Shown here piece after piece: positions 1-9,230 of a stretch of DNA of 64,000 bases; positions within the stretch are counted from its first letter, which is position 1; each line of letters starts with the position of its first letter. Made by a program: the position numbers and the translations under genes. The DNA lies in the NCBI GenBank assembly GCA_963744315.1, contig CAVUTB010000005.1, forward strand, positions 190,794 through 254,793. Reading direction: 5' to 3'. Origin of the DNA: an uncultured Acidobacteriota bacterium (GTDB lineage Bacteria; Acidobacteriota; Vicinamibacteria; Fen-336). A model generated the notes under the pieces. It ran no database searches. It worked only from the letters and a program-made list of their open reading frames with translations, and had not been told where the DNA came from.

Positions 1-25
1 TGGCGATCAGGACCTTCTTGAACAT
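1..25 (-). CDS. accC: biotin carboxylase AccC, first 8 codons only (gene runs off window start)
   Basis: Reverse complement of 1..25 is ATGTTCAAGAAGGTCCTGATCGCCA = MFKKVLIA, the canonical AccC N-terminus (VLIANRGEIA follows in homologues). It sits 25 nt downstream of the accB stop in the usual accB-accC order. Confidence 0.5.
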
Positions 26-50
26 CAGCGCGCGGGCCCGCTCGAGCGCC

Positions 51-548
51 TCACGCCGGCCGGATCGTGAAGAGCGGGTCGCCGTACTGCACCGGCTGCC
101 CGTTGTCGGGATACACCTTGATCACCTCGCCCGCCAGCTCCGACTCGATCTCGTTCATGAGCTTCATCGCTTCGATGATGCAGAGCACCTGCCCCACCTT
201 CACCGTGTCGCCGACGCTCACGAAGGCGGGCGAGTTGGGGTCGGCGGCGCGGTAGAACGTCCCGACGATGGGGCTGCGCACGAGCGTGCCCTCCGCGGCG
301 GGCTCCGGCACGGGCGCTGCCGGGGCCTCGGCGGACGGCGGCTGACCCGGGAGCGCGTTCGCCAGGGCCGCTGAAACCGACGCACCGGCGGGGATCTGGG
401 TCACCACCACGGGAGCCTGTGCCAGCGCCGGCGAGCGTCCCGCGCCGCGGCACACGCGGAGCTTCACTCCCCCCTGCTCCATCTCGAACTCGGTGATGTC
501 CCGCTCCTCGAGGATCTGGAGGATCTCCTTGAGGTCCAACAGGTTCAC
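51..548 (-). CDS. accB: acetyl-CoA carboxylase biotin carboxyl carrier protein
   Basis: 165 aa. Ala/Pro-rich linker followed by the biotinyl domain with the EAMKLMNEIE biotinylation motif. GTG start. Confidence 0.9.
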   Translation of the reverse strand: MNLLDLKEILQILEERDITEFEMEQGGVKLRVCRGAGRSPALAQAPVVVTQIPAGASVSAALANALPGQPPSAEAPAAPVPEPAAEGTLVRSPIVGTFYRAADPNSPAFVSVGDTVKVGQVLCIIEAMKLMNEIESELAGEVIKVYPDNGQPVQYGDPLFTIRPA

Positions 549-595
549 GCGTCCTCCCTGGGATGGTCGGCGGACCGTCTCGAAGAGCGAGATTA

Positions 596-958
596 TTACT
601 CGAACTCGCGCTCGAGCGCGAGGCCCGCCAGGCGCAGGGCGAAGCGGGCGCGTCCCATCAACGCTCCGGGCGTGAGGGATGCGAAGAGAAAGTACTCGGG
701 CGTGATCGCGACGAGCAGCGTGGTGAGCCGCTCGGTGGTGATGGCCAGCTCACGCAGCGCCCCGAGCCCGGTGTCGGAGGCCGCCGCGAGGCTCGCGCGC
801 AGCAGCGTCGTGTGCTCGGCCGCGACGGCCTCGATGTTCGGGTTGGCGCGCAGCGTGAGCTTCTCGATCGGAATCCCGTCGGTCCCGATGATCATCAGGA
901 CCTCGCTCTCCGGAACACGGGCGGCGACGTCCTTCAGCGCGTCGGCGAACGCCGTCAT
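596..958 (-). CDS. roadblock/LC7 domain protein (MglB/MglC-like)
   Basis: 120 aa, MTAFADALKDV...LMIIGTDGIPIEK..., a typical roadblock fold signature. Its start overlaps the stop of the upstream TPR gene in an ATGA arrangement (translational coupling). No cognate Ras-like GTPase gene is adjacent. Confidence 0.8.
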   Translation of the reverse strand: MTAFADALKDVAARVPESEVLMIIGTDGIPIEKLTLRANPNIEAVAAEHTTLLRASLAAASDTGLGALRELAITTERLTTLLVAITPEYFLFASLTPGALMGRARFALRLAGLALEREFE

Positions 959-2127
959 GCTCCCCTGCGCTGGACGGCGGCGAGCAGCGTCTCGAGGCCT
1001 GCGATCGTGCGCTCGAGCGCGCGGCGCCGGGCGGCCCGCTCGTCCGGAGCCGCAGCGGGCGGCGGCGTCGGTCCGGCGCCCGAGCTCTCGAGCTCGACGA
1101 GGCGCAGGCGCGCCCTCTCGTTCGACGGCTCCTGTTCCAGCAGCTGGCGGTAGACGTCCACCGCACGATCCACGAGGCCTTGCTGGTAGTAGAGCTCCGC
1201 GAGCGTCGAGGACGAGAACGGAGTGCTGCGGTCCGGGTCGAACAGCTCGGCGGGCTGGATCGGCGTGGCCGCCTTCGTCTCGGCGACGGTCGCGGTGAAC
1301 GCCTCGGCGGCGCGCGACGACGGTGCCGCGTGAGCCGGATTCACGAACGTCGGCGGCACCGGCGCTTCGGGTGCGAGCGTCTCGGACGGGCGCGGTTCGG
1401 CAGGCGCGAACCACGTGTGCTGCACCGTGCCGGGCGCCGCCGTGGCCGCGAGCTCGAAGTCGTTCAGCGGCAGACGAGCCGTTTCGCTCGCGGCGGGGTC
1501 CGCGGGCGCCGGCGCCTCCCTCTGCGCCGCGGGGGCGGGAAGCGGCGGAGGCTCAAGCCGCAGACGCACCGTCGCGGGCAGCCCGGCTGGTCCAGCCACT
1601 GCGGGGGGCGCTTCGGGCGCCGTCGGTCGCACCGGAGCCCCGGCCTGAGGCGGGGCTGGCGGAGGCGGCACGCGCGGCTCAGGAGGCCTCGTCTGCCCAC
1701 CCACGCCCGTCCCAGGGGCCTCGTGCAGCCGCGCCTCGATGGCGGTCAGCTGAGCCTGCACCTGCCGGTCCCCGGGCGCCATCTGCAGCGTTTTCTGATA
1801 CTGGTCCAGCGCTCCCTGCAGGTCGCCGAGCGCCTCCCGCGCCTGCCCCAGATAGCGGCTCGCCAGGATGTTGTCCGGTGCGTCCCGGAGCGCGCTCTCG
1901 AGCTCCAGGCGGGCGCCAGTGGCGTCGCCCGAGTCGAGCAGTGCCCGCCCGAGCGTCAGGCGCGCCGAGGGATAGCTGGAGTGGACCGCGAGACCCGCCC
2001 GCGCCACACGGATCGCCTCCACGAGCTCGCCGTTCTTGCGGAGCTCCTCCGCGAGCTGCGCGAAGAGCCGGGAGCCGGGATCGCGCTCGAGCCGCCGTCG
2101 GAGCTCGTCGATGCGGGTGTCAGCCAC
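955..2127 (-). CDS. TPR-repeat protein with long Pro/Ala-rich linker
   Basis: 390 aa intact ORF. N-terminal TPR-like helices, a central PPPAPP-rich low-complexity segment, and a C-terminal TPR-like helix pair (AELYYQQGLVDRAVDVYRQLLEQEP). High GC3 throughout. Confidence 0.6.
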   Translation of the reverse strand: MADTRIDELRRRLERDPGSRLFAQLAEELRKNGELVEAIRVARAGLAVHSSYPSARLTLGRALLDSGDATGARLELESALRDAPDNILASRYLGQAREALGDLQGALDQYQKTLQMAPGDRQVQAQLTAIEARLHEAPGTGVGGQTRPPEPRVPPPPAPPQAGAPVRPTAPEAPPAVAGPAGLPATVRLRLEPPPLPAPAAQREAPAPADPAASETARLPLNDFELAATAAPGTVQHTWFAPAEPRPSETLAPEAPVPPTFVNPAHAAPSSRAAEAFTATVAETKAATPIQPAELFDPDRSTPFSSSTLAELYYQQGLVDRAVDVYRQLLEQEPSNERARLRLVELESSGAGPTPPPAAAPDERAARRRALERTIAGLETLLAAVQRRGA

Positions 2128-2152
2128 GGTCAGGTGGTCCCGCCCGAGGGTA

Positions 2153-2629
2153 TCACCGCTGGAAGATGAAGACGCTCCTGAAGTAGAAGCTGCCGGCGTC
2201 GAAGTTATAGGGCCGCACGGACACGCTCACCGTCCGCAGGTCCGTCCCTGCCGTGTACACCATGAAGGTGGTGCCGTCGCTGCTGGTCGCCATGACGTCG
2301 CCGGTCTGGATCGGTCCGACGTAGGTCGATCCCGTCTCGGGTCTCAGGATCCCGTCGCCGTCGTGCTCGAAGAGCACGGCGTAGCCCGAGATCGGCTGGC
2401 CGTTCTGGTTCCGCACCACGGCGCGCAGGCGGCTCGTGCTGACGCCGTCCGCGTTCAGCGTGTCGGGCAGCGCCTCGAGCTCGATGTTGAAGCCCTGGTC
2501 GGCCGGACCCGTCAGGTCCGGCTGGCCCTGGTCCTCCAGGTTGCAGCCGGCCGTCGCCAGAAGGAGCCCGAGCGCGAGCACCTTCCAGGCGCCACGCGCC
2601 CCTCCAACGTTTCTGATGGCATCACGCAT
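2153..2629 (-). CDS. lipoprotein with bacterial Ig-like (Big_1-type) domain
   Basis: 158 aa. Signal peptide with lipobox LLLATAGC. Ig-like segment ALPDTLNADGVSTSRLRAVVRNQNGQPISGYAV. Confidence 0.6.
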   Translation of the reverse strand: MRDAIRNVGGARGAWKVLALGLLLATAGCNLEDQGQPDLTGPADQGFNIELEALPDTLNADGVSTSRLRAVVRNQNGQPISGYAVLFEHDGDGILRPETGSTYVGPIQTGDVMATSSDGTTFMVYTAGTDLRTVSVSVRPYNFDAGSFYFRSVFIFQR

Positions 2630-2641
2630 GGCCCACTTCTC

Positions 2642-3261
2642 CTAGTTCTGGGGGCAGGAGTCTTGTGTGTCTCCGAAGTCCGCGAAGTCGATCTGGAATC
2701 GAGCCGCCGCGGACACACGCTTCTCGGAGATGGTCTTGCCGAACAGGGTCACCTGCGCGGAGACCGTCGAGGATCGTCGTCTGGCTGATGTTGTCGAGCG
2801 GAGGCTCGAGCTTCGCCTGCCGCCTCACGACCTCGATCGGGACTGTCAGCTCGTCGCCGACTCCCACCGAGGCCGCCAGGCTCCCCGTGATCCGGTACGG
2901 CACGTCCACGCCCTCGACGCCGCGGCCGTCGCTGCGCGAGTAGCGGACCTCGTAGCTCTCGAGCTGGACGATCGAGGACGCGCGCCGACGGCCCGTTCGG
3001 GTTCTTGTTCTGCACCGTCATCTCGACGTCGACTTCGTTCTCGCAGACGAACGTGCTGAATTCGCCGTTGCGGACGTCCGAGTCGAGCTGCGCACCCTGG
3101 TTGATCGCGGTGATCACCAGGAGGACCGGTCCTTCGTTGTTCTCGACGTAGTCGGCGCTGCAGCCCGCCATCGCCAGGGCCGCGGCCACCGCCACCACCG
3201 CGCCCAGCGACAGCGCGCCGCCTCTCGAGTTCGCGTCACGACTGAGGTTTCGCAACCACAT
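2642..3261 (-). CDS. hypothetical lipoprotein (frameshifted)
   Basis: ATG 15 nt after the pilQ stop. MWLRNLS...LAMAGCSAD lipobox. Reading has to be stitched across three frames (parts appear in the 2749..4677 and 2622..2909 track ORFs). Ends at TAG about 2642. Confidence 0.45.
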
Positions 3262-3275
3262 GGCTCTTGTCACCC

Positions 3276-5716
3276 TTAGGACTTGACGATGCGCGGCGTA
3301 ATGAAGAGCAGCAGCTCGTTGTTCGCGTTCTGCGTGCCCTTGCGCCGGAACAGGTAGCCGAGCAGCGGGATGTTGCCGAGCACCGGAGTCTTGTCTTCGT
3401 TCACGAACTCCTGGCTCTGGTAGATGCCGCCCACGACGGCGGTCTGGCCGTCCTTGACGAGGACGATGGTCTTGGCGGCCTGGGTGTTGATCGGCGGAAT
3501 GCCGTTCACCGGGTTGCCGAAGTCGGGAGTGCTGTTCTCGACCTCGAGCGTCAGGATCACGGTGCCGGCGTCGGTGATCTGCGGCGTCACCTTGAGCGTG
3601 AGCACCGCGTCCTTGAACTGCGTGGTCACGGTGTTGTTGGCCACCGTCTGGATCGGGATCTGGACGCCCTGCTTGATCTCGGCCGGCTGGTTGTTCTGCG
3701 TAGTGACCTTCGGCGTCGAGAGCAGGCGGCCGCGGCCCTGCTGCTCGAGCGCCGTCAACGCGACGTCCAGGTTGAAGCTGCCGAGCACGTTGCCCATCGA
3801 GATGCCGATCGCGCTGTTGAAGTTCGAGGCCGGCAGGTTCACGGCGTAGCCGCGGCCGGACTGGCCGATGCCGGTGTCGGACGCGACGCCACCCGGGCCG
3901 AGGTTGTCGGCGGCGAGGCCCCCCTCGCCCGGCACGCCGCCGCCGTTCAGCACGATCTGGTTCGGGAACACCTGGTTCGTGGTGTTGCCGTAGCGGTTGC
4001 TCTTCTCGGCGCCGAAGCCCCACTGGATGCCGAAGTCGCGCGAGAAGTTCCGGTTCGTCACGACGATGCGCGCCTCGATCTCGACCTGCGGCGTCGCCGT
4101 GTCGAGCTCGGCCATCAGGCCCTTCGCCTTCTCGACGAAGGTCGGCAGGTCGCGGATGATGATCGTGTTGGTGCGCTCGTCGATGTTGATCTGGCCGCGC
4201 GCCGAGAGCGCCCCCGCCTGCTTGAGGACGGTCGAGAGCGTTCCGGCCTTGGCGTAGGAGATGCGCCGCGTGTAGTCCGTGAGCTCGCCCGCGAGCGCCT
4301 TCTCCTCGTCGAGCTTGCGGCGGTCGGCCTCCTCGCTTCTGGAGGTCGCTGAGCCGCGCGATGCGGATCACGTTGTCCTCGAGCACGCAGCCGAGGCCGT
4401 TCGTCTTCAGGATCAGCTCGAGCGCGCGTCCCCAGGGCACCTCGTTCAGCTTGAGCGTCACCTTGCCGGTCACGCCGGGGTTCACGACGACGTTCAGGCC
4501 CGAGATGTCCGAGAAGAGCCGGAAGATGTCCTGCAGGTCGCCGTCCTTGAAGTCGAGGCTGATCGGAGTGCCGAGGTCGCCCGTCTGACCGCAGGCCTGG
4601 CCGATGTTGCCCTGCTCCGGAGCGGCCGCGTCGGCCGTGGCGGGCGCCGCCGCCTGCGGCTCGGGCAGCGCCGGCATCGCGAGCGGCTCGATCGAGACCG
4701 GGCGCGACGGGGTCGAGTCGACCGCCGCCGCCGCCGCGACCTTCGTCGTGCGGCTCGGGCTCCGAGGCGCGCATGGCGGCGAGCGGCGCGTGCGCGGCCG
4801 GCTCGGCGCTTTCGCCGAACACGATGCGCACGCCGTCGGCGCCGTCGATGATCCGATAGGGCGACTTCGCGCTCAGGTCGACGACCAGGCGCGCGACCTT
4901 CGGCGTTTGCGCGCTGAACTGTCCGAGCCGCACCTGGCGCACCGGGGTCTGGCCGACCTCGAGCTGCCGCATCGGCGCGCGCGCGCTGACGTCGGCGAAG
5001 TCGACCACGAGCCGCTCCGGGTTCGCGAGCAGGAAGTCCTTGTACTTGAGGCGGCCGTCGGCCTTGACCGTGAAGGCCACGAGCGCGCCCATCTCGTCCC
5101 GCGTCACCGCGGTGATGCGCGTGGCCTTGGGGCCGTTCGGCAGCGGCTCGCTCGCGGCGGGCTCGGCGGCTGCCACGACTGCCGGCTGCGGGGCCGGGGC
5201 GGGCGGGGCCGGGGCGGGCGTCGCCGCAGCGGCCTTCGGCCTGGGCGCCTCGACGACGGCCGTCTCGGGCACCGCCGCTGCGGCAGCCGGTGCGGGCGTC
5301 GCGCCGGCCAGGCTCGTCGGCCGCTCGAAGATCAGGTTGAGCGCCTTGTCCTTCGAGAAGATCTGGTACGGGACGAGGCTGGCGAGGCGCACCTCGACAC
5401 GGGCGAGGTTCCTGCCGTCGGCTCTCGCCAGGCTGGTGACCCGGACCGACTCGACCTCCCGCGTGCCGACGTTCACCCGGGCGGGGACCTGCGAAGCGTC
5501 CACCTCGGGGATGTCGACCACGAGCGTCAGCGGGTCGGGACTGTAGTAGGTGTAGGCGAGTGGACCGGTGCACTGCACCACGAGTCGCGTCGACCGGTCA
5601 CTGCTCTCCTGGCGGATGTCGGTGATTGCTGTGGTTGCCGCCTGCTGCGCGGGCACACCCGCGGCCGACGCGAGGGCAACCGCAAACAGGCCGACCCCAG
5701 CGAGCTTCGCTCTCAT
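3276..5716 (-). CDS. pilQ: type IV pilus secretin PilQ (two apparent 1-nt frameshifts)
   Basis: Signal peptide; two AMIN domains (TDIRQESSDRSTRLVVQCTGPL..., ITAVTRDEMGALVAFTVKADGRL...); Ala/Pro linker; secretin N domains (GQTGDLGTPISLDFKDGDLQDIFRLFSDISGLNVVVNP...); and secretin C domain (track ORF 3276..4115: ...LLGYLFRRKGTQNANNELLLFITPRIV). Frame changes near 4750 and near 4335; stitched translation is continuous PilQ of about 810 aa. Confidence 0.85.
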
Positions 5717-6282
5717 TACCTCGCCTCCTCCGACGCATACAGACTCTTGCGAACCTCTCGCGTCTTGACCGGCGAGAGTGGATCCGTCACCTCTTGCCGG
5801 AAGGTCACCGAGGTCGCGTCCACGGCGGTGATGACACCGTCGTAGAGCCGCTGCCCCGTAGTCACGAAGTACGACTTGCCGTCCGCTCCGAGGAACATCG
5901 CGATGTGGCCGGCCCGGCCGGCGATTCCGATGCCGCTGCCGGTGGTCCTCACGATGCCCTTGAGCGCGATCTCCTGGATCAGAAAGCCTTCCATTCCCGG
6001 CTTGCGCGTCTTCGGCCCGCGGTCGGCCGCTACCGGCCGCTGCAGGCTCACGAACGGATCGCGCCGTCCGCCCGAGTTGTAGGCGTAGCCGCCGGTCTCC
6101 AGCTCGACGTCGAGCGGCGGCCGGTTCGCGTCCGCAGTGCCGGGCGCCGCCTCGGTCGTCCCGGGCGCCGCCTCGGTCGGCGGCGTCGCCGGGGGCGCGG
6201 CCGGCTGCTGCGCGTAGGCCGTCGCCGCGAACGCCGAGGCCAGGACGAAGGCCAGCGCCGCGGCTTGGAAACGGGCCTTCAT
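5716..6282 (-). CDS. pilP: type IV pilus assembly protein PilP
   Basis: Internal ATG of track ORF 5716..6900. MKARFQAAALAFVLASAFAATAYAQQ signal peptide; conserved RDPFVSLQ motif; C-terminal beta domain. TAATG overlap with the pilQ start. Confidence 0.75.
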   Translation of the reverse strand: MKARFQAAALAFVLASAFAATAYAQQPAAPPATPPTEAAPGTTEAAPGTADANRPPLDVELETGGYAYNSGGRRDPFVSLQRPVAADRGPKTRKPGMEGFLIQEIALKGIVRTTGSGIGIAGRAGHIAMFLGADGKSYFVTTGQRLYDGVITAVDATSVTFRQEVTDPLSPVKTREVRKSLYASEEAR

Positions 6283-6900
6283 CGTGCCCCTCCGGGTCCC
6301 GGCCGCTTGGGCGCCGGCCGCCCCTGGCGGCGGCACCGCGCTCTCCAGGTAGACGTACGTGGTCGCGGTGGCTCCGACCGAGATCGTGTTGTTGAGCGTC
6401 TGGTTTTGCTGCGACTTGATCTTGAGGTCGGACATGTTCACGAGCCGCGACATGCGGCTCACCCGGTCGAGGAACGCCCCCATGTTGTGGTAGGTGCCCT
6501 CGAGGTCGATCGCGACCGGGACCTCCTGGTAGAAGTCCTTCTGCACGACCACCGCCGGGTTGAAGCGCCGGATCTGCAGGCTCGACTGCGCCGCCAGGTA
6601 CTGGATGCGCCGCATCAGGTCGGGCATCTCCTTCTCCGGGGGCAGGATCCGCTTCAGCGTCTCGAGGCGGGCCTCGAGCGCCTGGACTTCGCGCTGGAAC
6701 TCCGGCAGCCGGTTGGCCGTCGCCTCGAGCGCGCGGATCTGCTTCTGGAGGTCGGCGAGCCGCGCTTCCTTCTGGCGCTGCTGCTCGAGGGCATCGGCGT
6801 ACCAGAAGTAGTAGAAGCCGCCGCAGATGAGCGCCGCGATCACGGCAGAGACGCCCAGCTGTCCTGCGAGGGGGAGTCGCGTGAGAGCGTTGTCAGCCAT
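6283..6900 (-). CDS. pilO: type IV pilus assembly protein PilO (no in-frame stop before pilP)
   Basis: N-terminal TM helix, coiled-coil (LADLQKQIRALEATANRLPEFQREVQALEARLETLKR) and PilO core. The frame reads straight into pilP; the stop is probably lost to an indel, or this is a genuine fusion. Confidence 0.75.
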
Positions 6901-6915
6901 CTCGGTCTCCCTCCT

Positions 6916-7569
6916 TTACCTGCCGGGCGGCCCAGGCCGCGCAGCTGCGGCGGCTTGGGCGGCCGCGGCCTTCGCTTCGGCGATCGCCTTTTCCTTGGCG
7001 GCGACCTCCGGGTCCTTGAAGTTGCCGCTCAGGGTGAAGTTCACGATGTTCTGCGTCTCCTGTGCCGTGGCGAGGTCGACGGTCGGGAACCAGCCGCTGC
7101 GCTGGAGCGCGCTGATGTAGTCGGCGACCGCTGCCAGGCTGTTGCTCTGGCCCCCGAACTTCAGGTTTCCCTGCGTCTCGTCGAGCGTGCCGAGCCACAC
7201 GTAGTCGGGCAGCGCCTTGGAGATCTCGTCCAGCATGTGCACCGGGCTCTTCTGCAGCAGCCGCAGCTGCTCGATCACGAGCACCTTGTTCTCGAGAATC
7301 GCCTTCTTCTGCTGGAACTGCGCGACCTGCTGTGCGATCGCCTGCAGGTCGCGCATGCGCTTCTCGTCGGCCACGATGCGCGTGTCGAGGTCCCGGAGCT
7401 TGTTCGACTGCAGCCACCAGGCGCCGGCGCAGAGCACGAGCGCGCCGCCCACGAGCAGCGCGAGCAGCAGGTAGCTCTGCAGCGCGCCCGGCGGCATCGC
7501 GGGCCCGGAGGCGGCCTTCGTCTTGGTCTTGGTCGCCCGCTCGGGAGCGACCAGGTTGATGCGGATCAT
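6916..7569 (-). CDS. pilN: type IV pilus assembly protein PilN
   Basis: 217 aa. MIRINL start typical of PilN, one TM helix, coiled-coil, periplasmic domain. Confidence 0.85.
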   Translation of the reverse strand: MIRINLVAPERATKTKTKAASGPAMPPGALQSYLLLALLVGGALVLCAGAWWLQSNKLRDLDTRIVADEKRMRDLQAIAQQVAQFQQKKAILENKVLVIEQLRLLQKSPVHMLDEISKALPDYVWLGTLDETQGNLKFGGQSNSLAAVADYISALQRSGWFPTVDLATAQETQNIVNFTLSGNFKDPEVAAKEKAIAEAKAAAAQAAAAARPGPPGR

Positions 7570-8633
7570 CGGTCACCCAGCCTTCGCACGGCCAGACCCA
7601 CGGCGATCGCCGCCGAGGGCCCGATGTCTTCGAGGTAGTCCGGGTTGAACTCCTTCTCGTTGTAGCGCACGTTCAGGAAGGGGTTCAGCAGCTCGACCGA
7701 GGTAGAGAAACGGTCCGCGAGCAGGTCACGCAGCCCGTGGATCTTGGCCGTGCCGCCGGAAAGAAAGATCTGGTCGATCCGGTCTTCCTGGCTCGTCGCG
7801 CGGAAGAAGTCGAACGTCTTCTGGATCTCCATCGCGACGTTCTCGGAAACCGCCTGGAGGATCGGGTGCAGGCTGTCGGGCGACGCGCCCTCGACCTGCT
7901 CCCCTTTCTTGAGCGCCTCGGCCTGCTCGAACGACAGGTTCAGGTCCTTCTGGATGGCGTCGGTGTACTGGTTGCCGCCCGCCGCGATGTCGCGGTTGAA
8001 GACCGAGACGCCGCCCTTCACCACGTTCACGTTCATGATCGACGCGCCGATGTTCAGGAGCGCCACGACCCGCCCCGGGTCGATGCCGTAGTTCATCTCG
8101 TAGCAGTTCTGGAGCGCGAACACGTCCACGTCCACGATCGTGGGCGTGCGGCCCGCCTGGGTCAGCGCCGACGTGTACTCGCTGATCTTGTCCTTCTTGA
8201 CCGCGACCAGCAGCACGTCCATGTTGCCGCCCGAGCCGCCGCCCTCGATCACCTCGTAGTCGAGCGAGACGTCCTGGATGTCGAACGGGATGTACTGCTC
8301 GGCTTCCCAGTGGATCGACTCCGAGAGCTCCTCGGCGCTCATCTGCGGCAGGCTGATCTTCTTGACGATGACCGCGTTTCCCGAGACGCCGGTCGCGCAC
8401 TCGGCCGTCTTGATCCGGCTCTCCTGGAACACCCGCTGGATCGAGTCGATGACGGCGCCGGCGTCCATGATCGCCCCGTCGACGATCGCCTCGGGAGGCA
8501 GCGACTCGATCCCGATGTTCAAGAGCTGGAACTCGTCACCGCCCTTGCCGCCGACCTTGATCTCCACGGCCTTCACGGCCGACGAGCCAATGTCGACGCC
8601 AACCAGTGACTTCTTCTTACCGAAAAGGCCCAC
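7566..8633 (-). CDS. pilM: type IV pilus assembly ATPase-fold protein PilM
   Basis: 355 aa, actin-like/FtsA fold. MGLFGKKKSLVGVDIGSSAVKAVEI... GTG start with GGAGA RBS. 4-nt overlap with pilN. Confidence 0.9.
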   Translation of the reverse strand: MGLFGKKKSLVGVDIGSSAVKAVEIKVGGKGGDEFQLLNIGIESLPPEAIVDGAIMDAGAVIDSIQRVFQESRIKTAECATGVSGNAVIVKKISLPQMSAEELSESIHWEAEQYIPFDIQDVSLDYEVIEGGGSGGNMDVLLVAVKKDKISEYTSALTQAGRTPTIVDVDVFALQNCYEMNYGIDPGRVVALLNIGASIMNVNVVKGGVSVFNRDIAAGGNQYTDAIQKDLNLSFEQAEALKKGEQVEGASPDSLHPILQAVSENVAMEIQKTFDFFRATSQEDRIDQIFLSGGTAKIHGLRDLLADRFSTSVELLNPFLNVRYNEKEFNPDYLEDIGPSAAIAVGLAVRRLGDR

Positions 8634-8763
8634 GGGCGTCTCCTCTACTGACCGTTCTCAATCCGACTGCGCCCTTTGCGTCCGCGGCCGACCTCGTCTT
8701 GCGTCTTCCTATCAGAACTCAATTTCGGTCCACACTTACCAAGAACAGTTAAAGTCCCGGGTG

Positions 8764-8792
8764 AAGCTAACAGACAGCCACCACCCTGTCAA
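8764..8792 (-). promoter_or_regulatory. candidate sigma70-type promoter of the pilMNOPQ operon
   Basis: On the minus strand: TTGACA, a spacer of about 17 nt, then TAGCTT. It lies in a locally AT-richer leader about 130 nt upstream of the pilM GTG. Confidence 0.3.
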
Positions 8793-9019
8793 GCGTAAAT
8801 TGAAGGATCTGCACGTAAACCCCTGACAGGACTGGACGGCTGGCCAACGCGCGATGTCCCGTCTCCGCTCAGATCCAGCGGCCTCCCTCCGAGCCGTCCA
8901 TTAACCACCTTTTGCACGGAAAGAGGCAGTGTCGGTAGTCACAGCGGGGTCCTGCCAGCCGACAAACACGACCCGCACACTCGAGCAGCGTCTAGAAGCC
9001 AACACAGAGGCCACCCGTT

Positions 9020-9230
9020 CACGGGGGGGTCTGGGGGGCGAAGCCCCCCAGAACAAGGAAAGACGACACCAGCCGAGCCGCTCGGTCACCTAGCTCCATA
9101 GAACTTGAGGAGCCGAAGGGCAACGAGCGACTAGATCAACGGAAACGGATACGGCGGGAGAACCGGAAAAGGCGCGACGGCCGGGACTGAGCTTCGGGGG
9201 CGCTACTCGCCCCCCGAACCCCCCGAGGGC
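9020..9230. repeat. REP-like composite intergenic repeat, copy A (modules M1 and M2)
   Basis: M1 is GGGGGGGTCTGGGGGGCGAAGCCCCCCAGAACAAGGAAAG (7-bp G/C stem, GAA loop). M2 is AACGGAAACGGATACGG ... GGGACTGAGCTTCGGGGGCGCTACTCGCCCCCCGAACCCCCCGAGGG. Related copies occur at 15321, 17425, 19142, 33150, 43044 and 49183. Confidence 0.6.
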
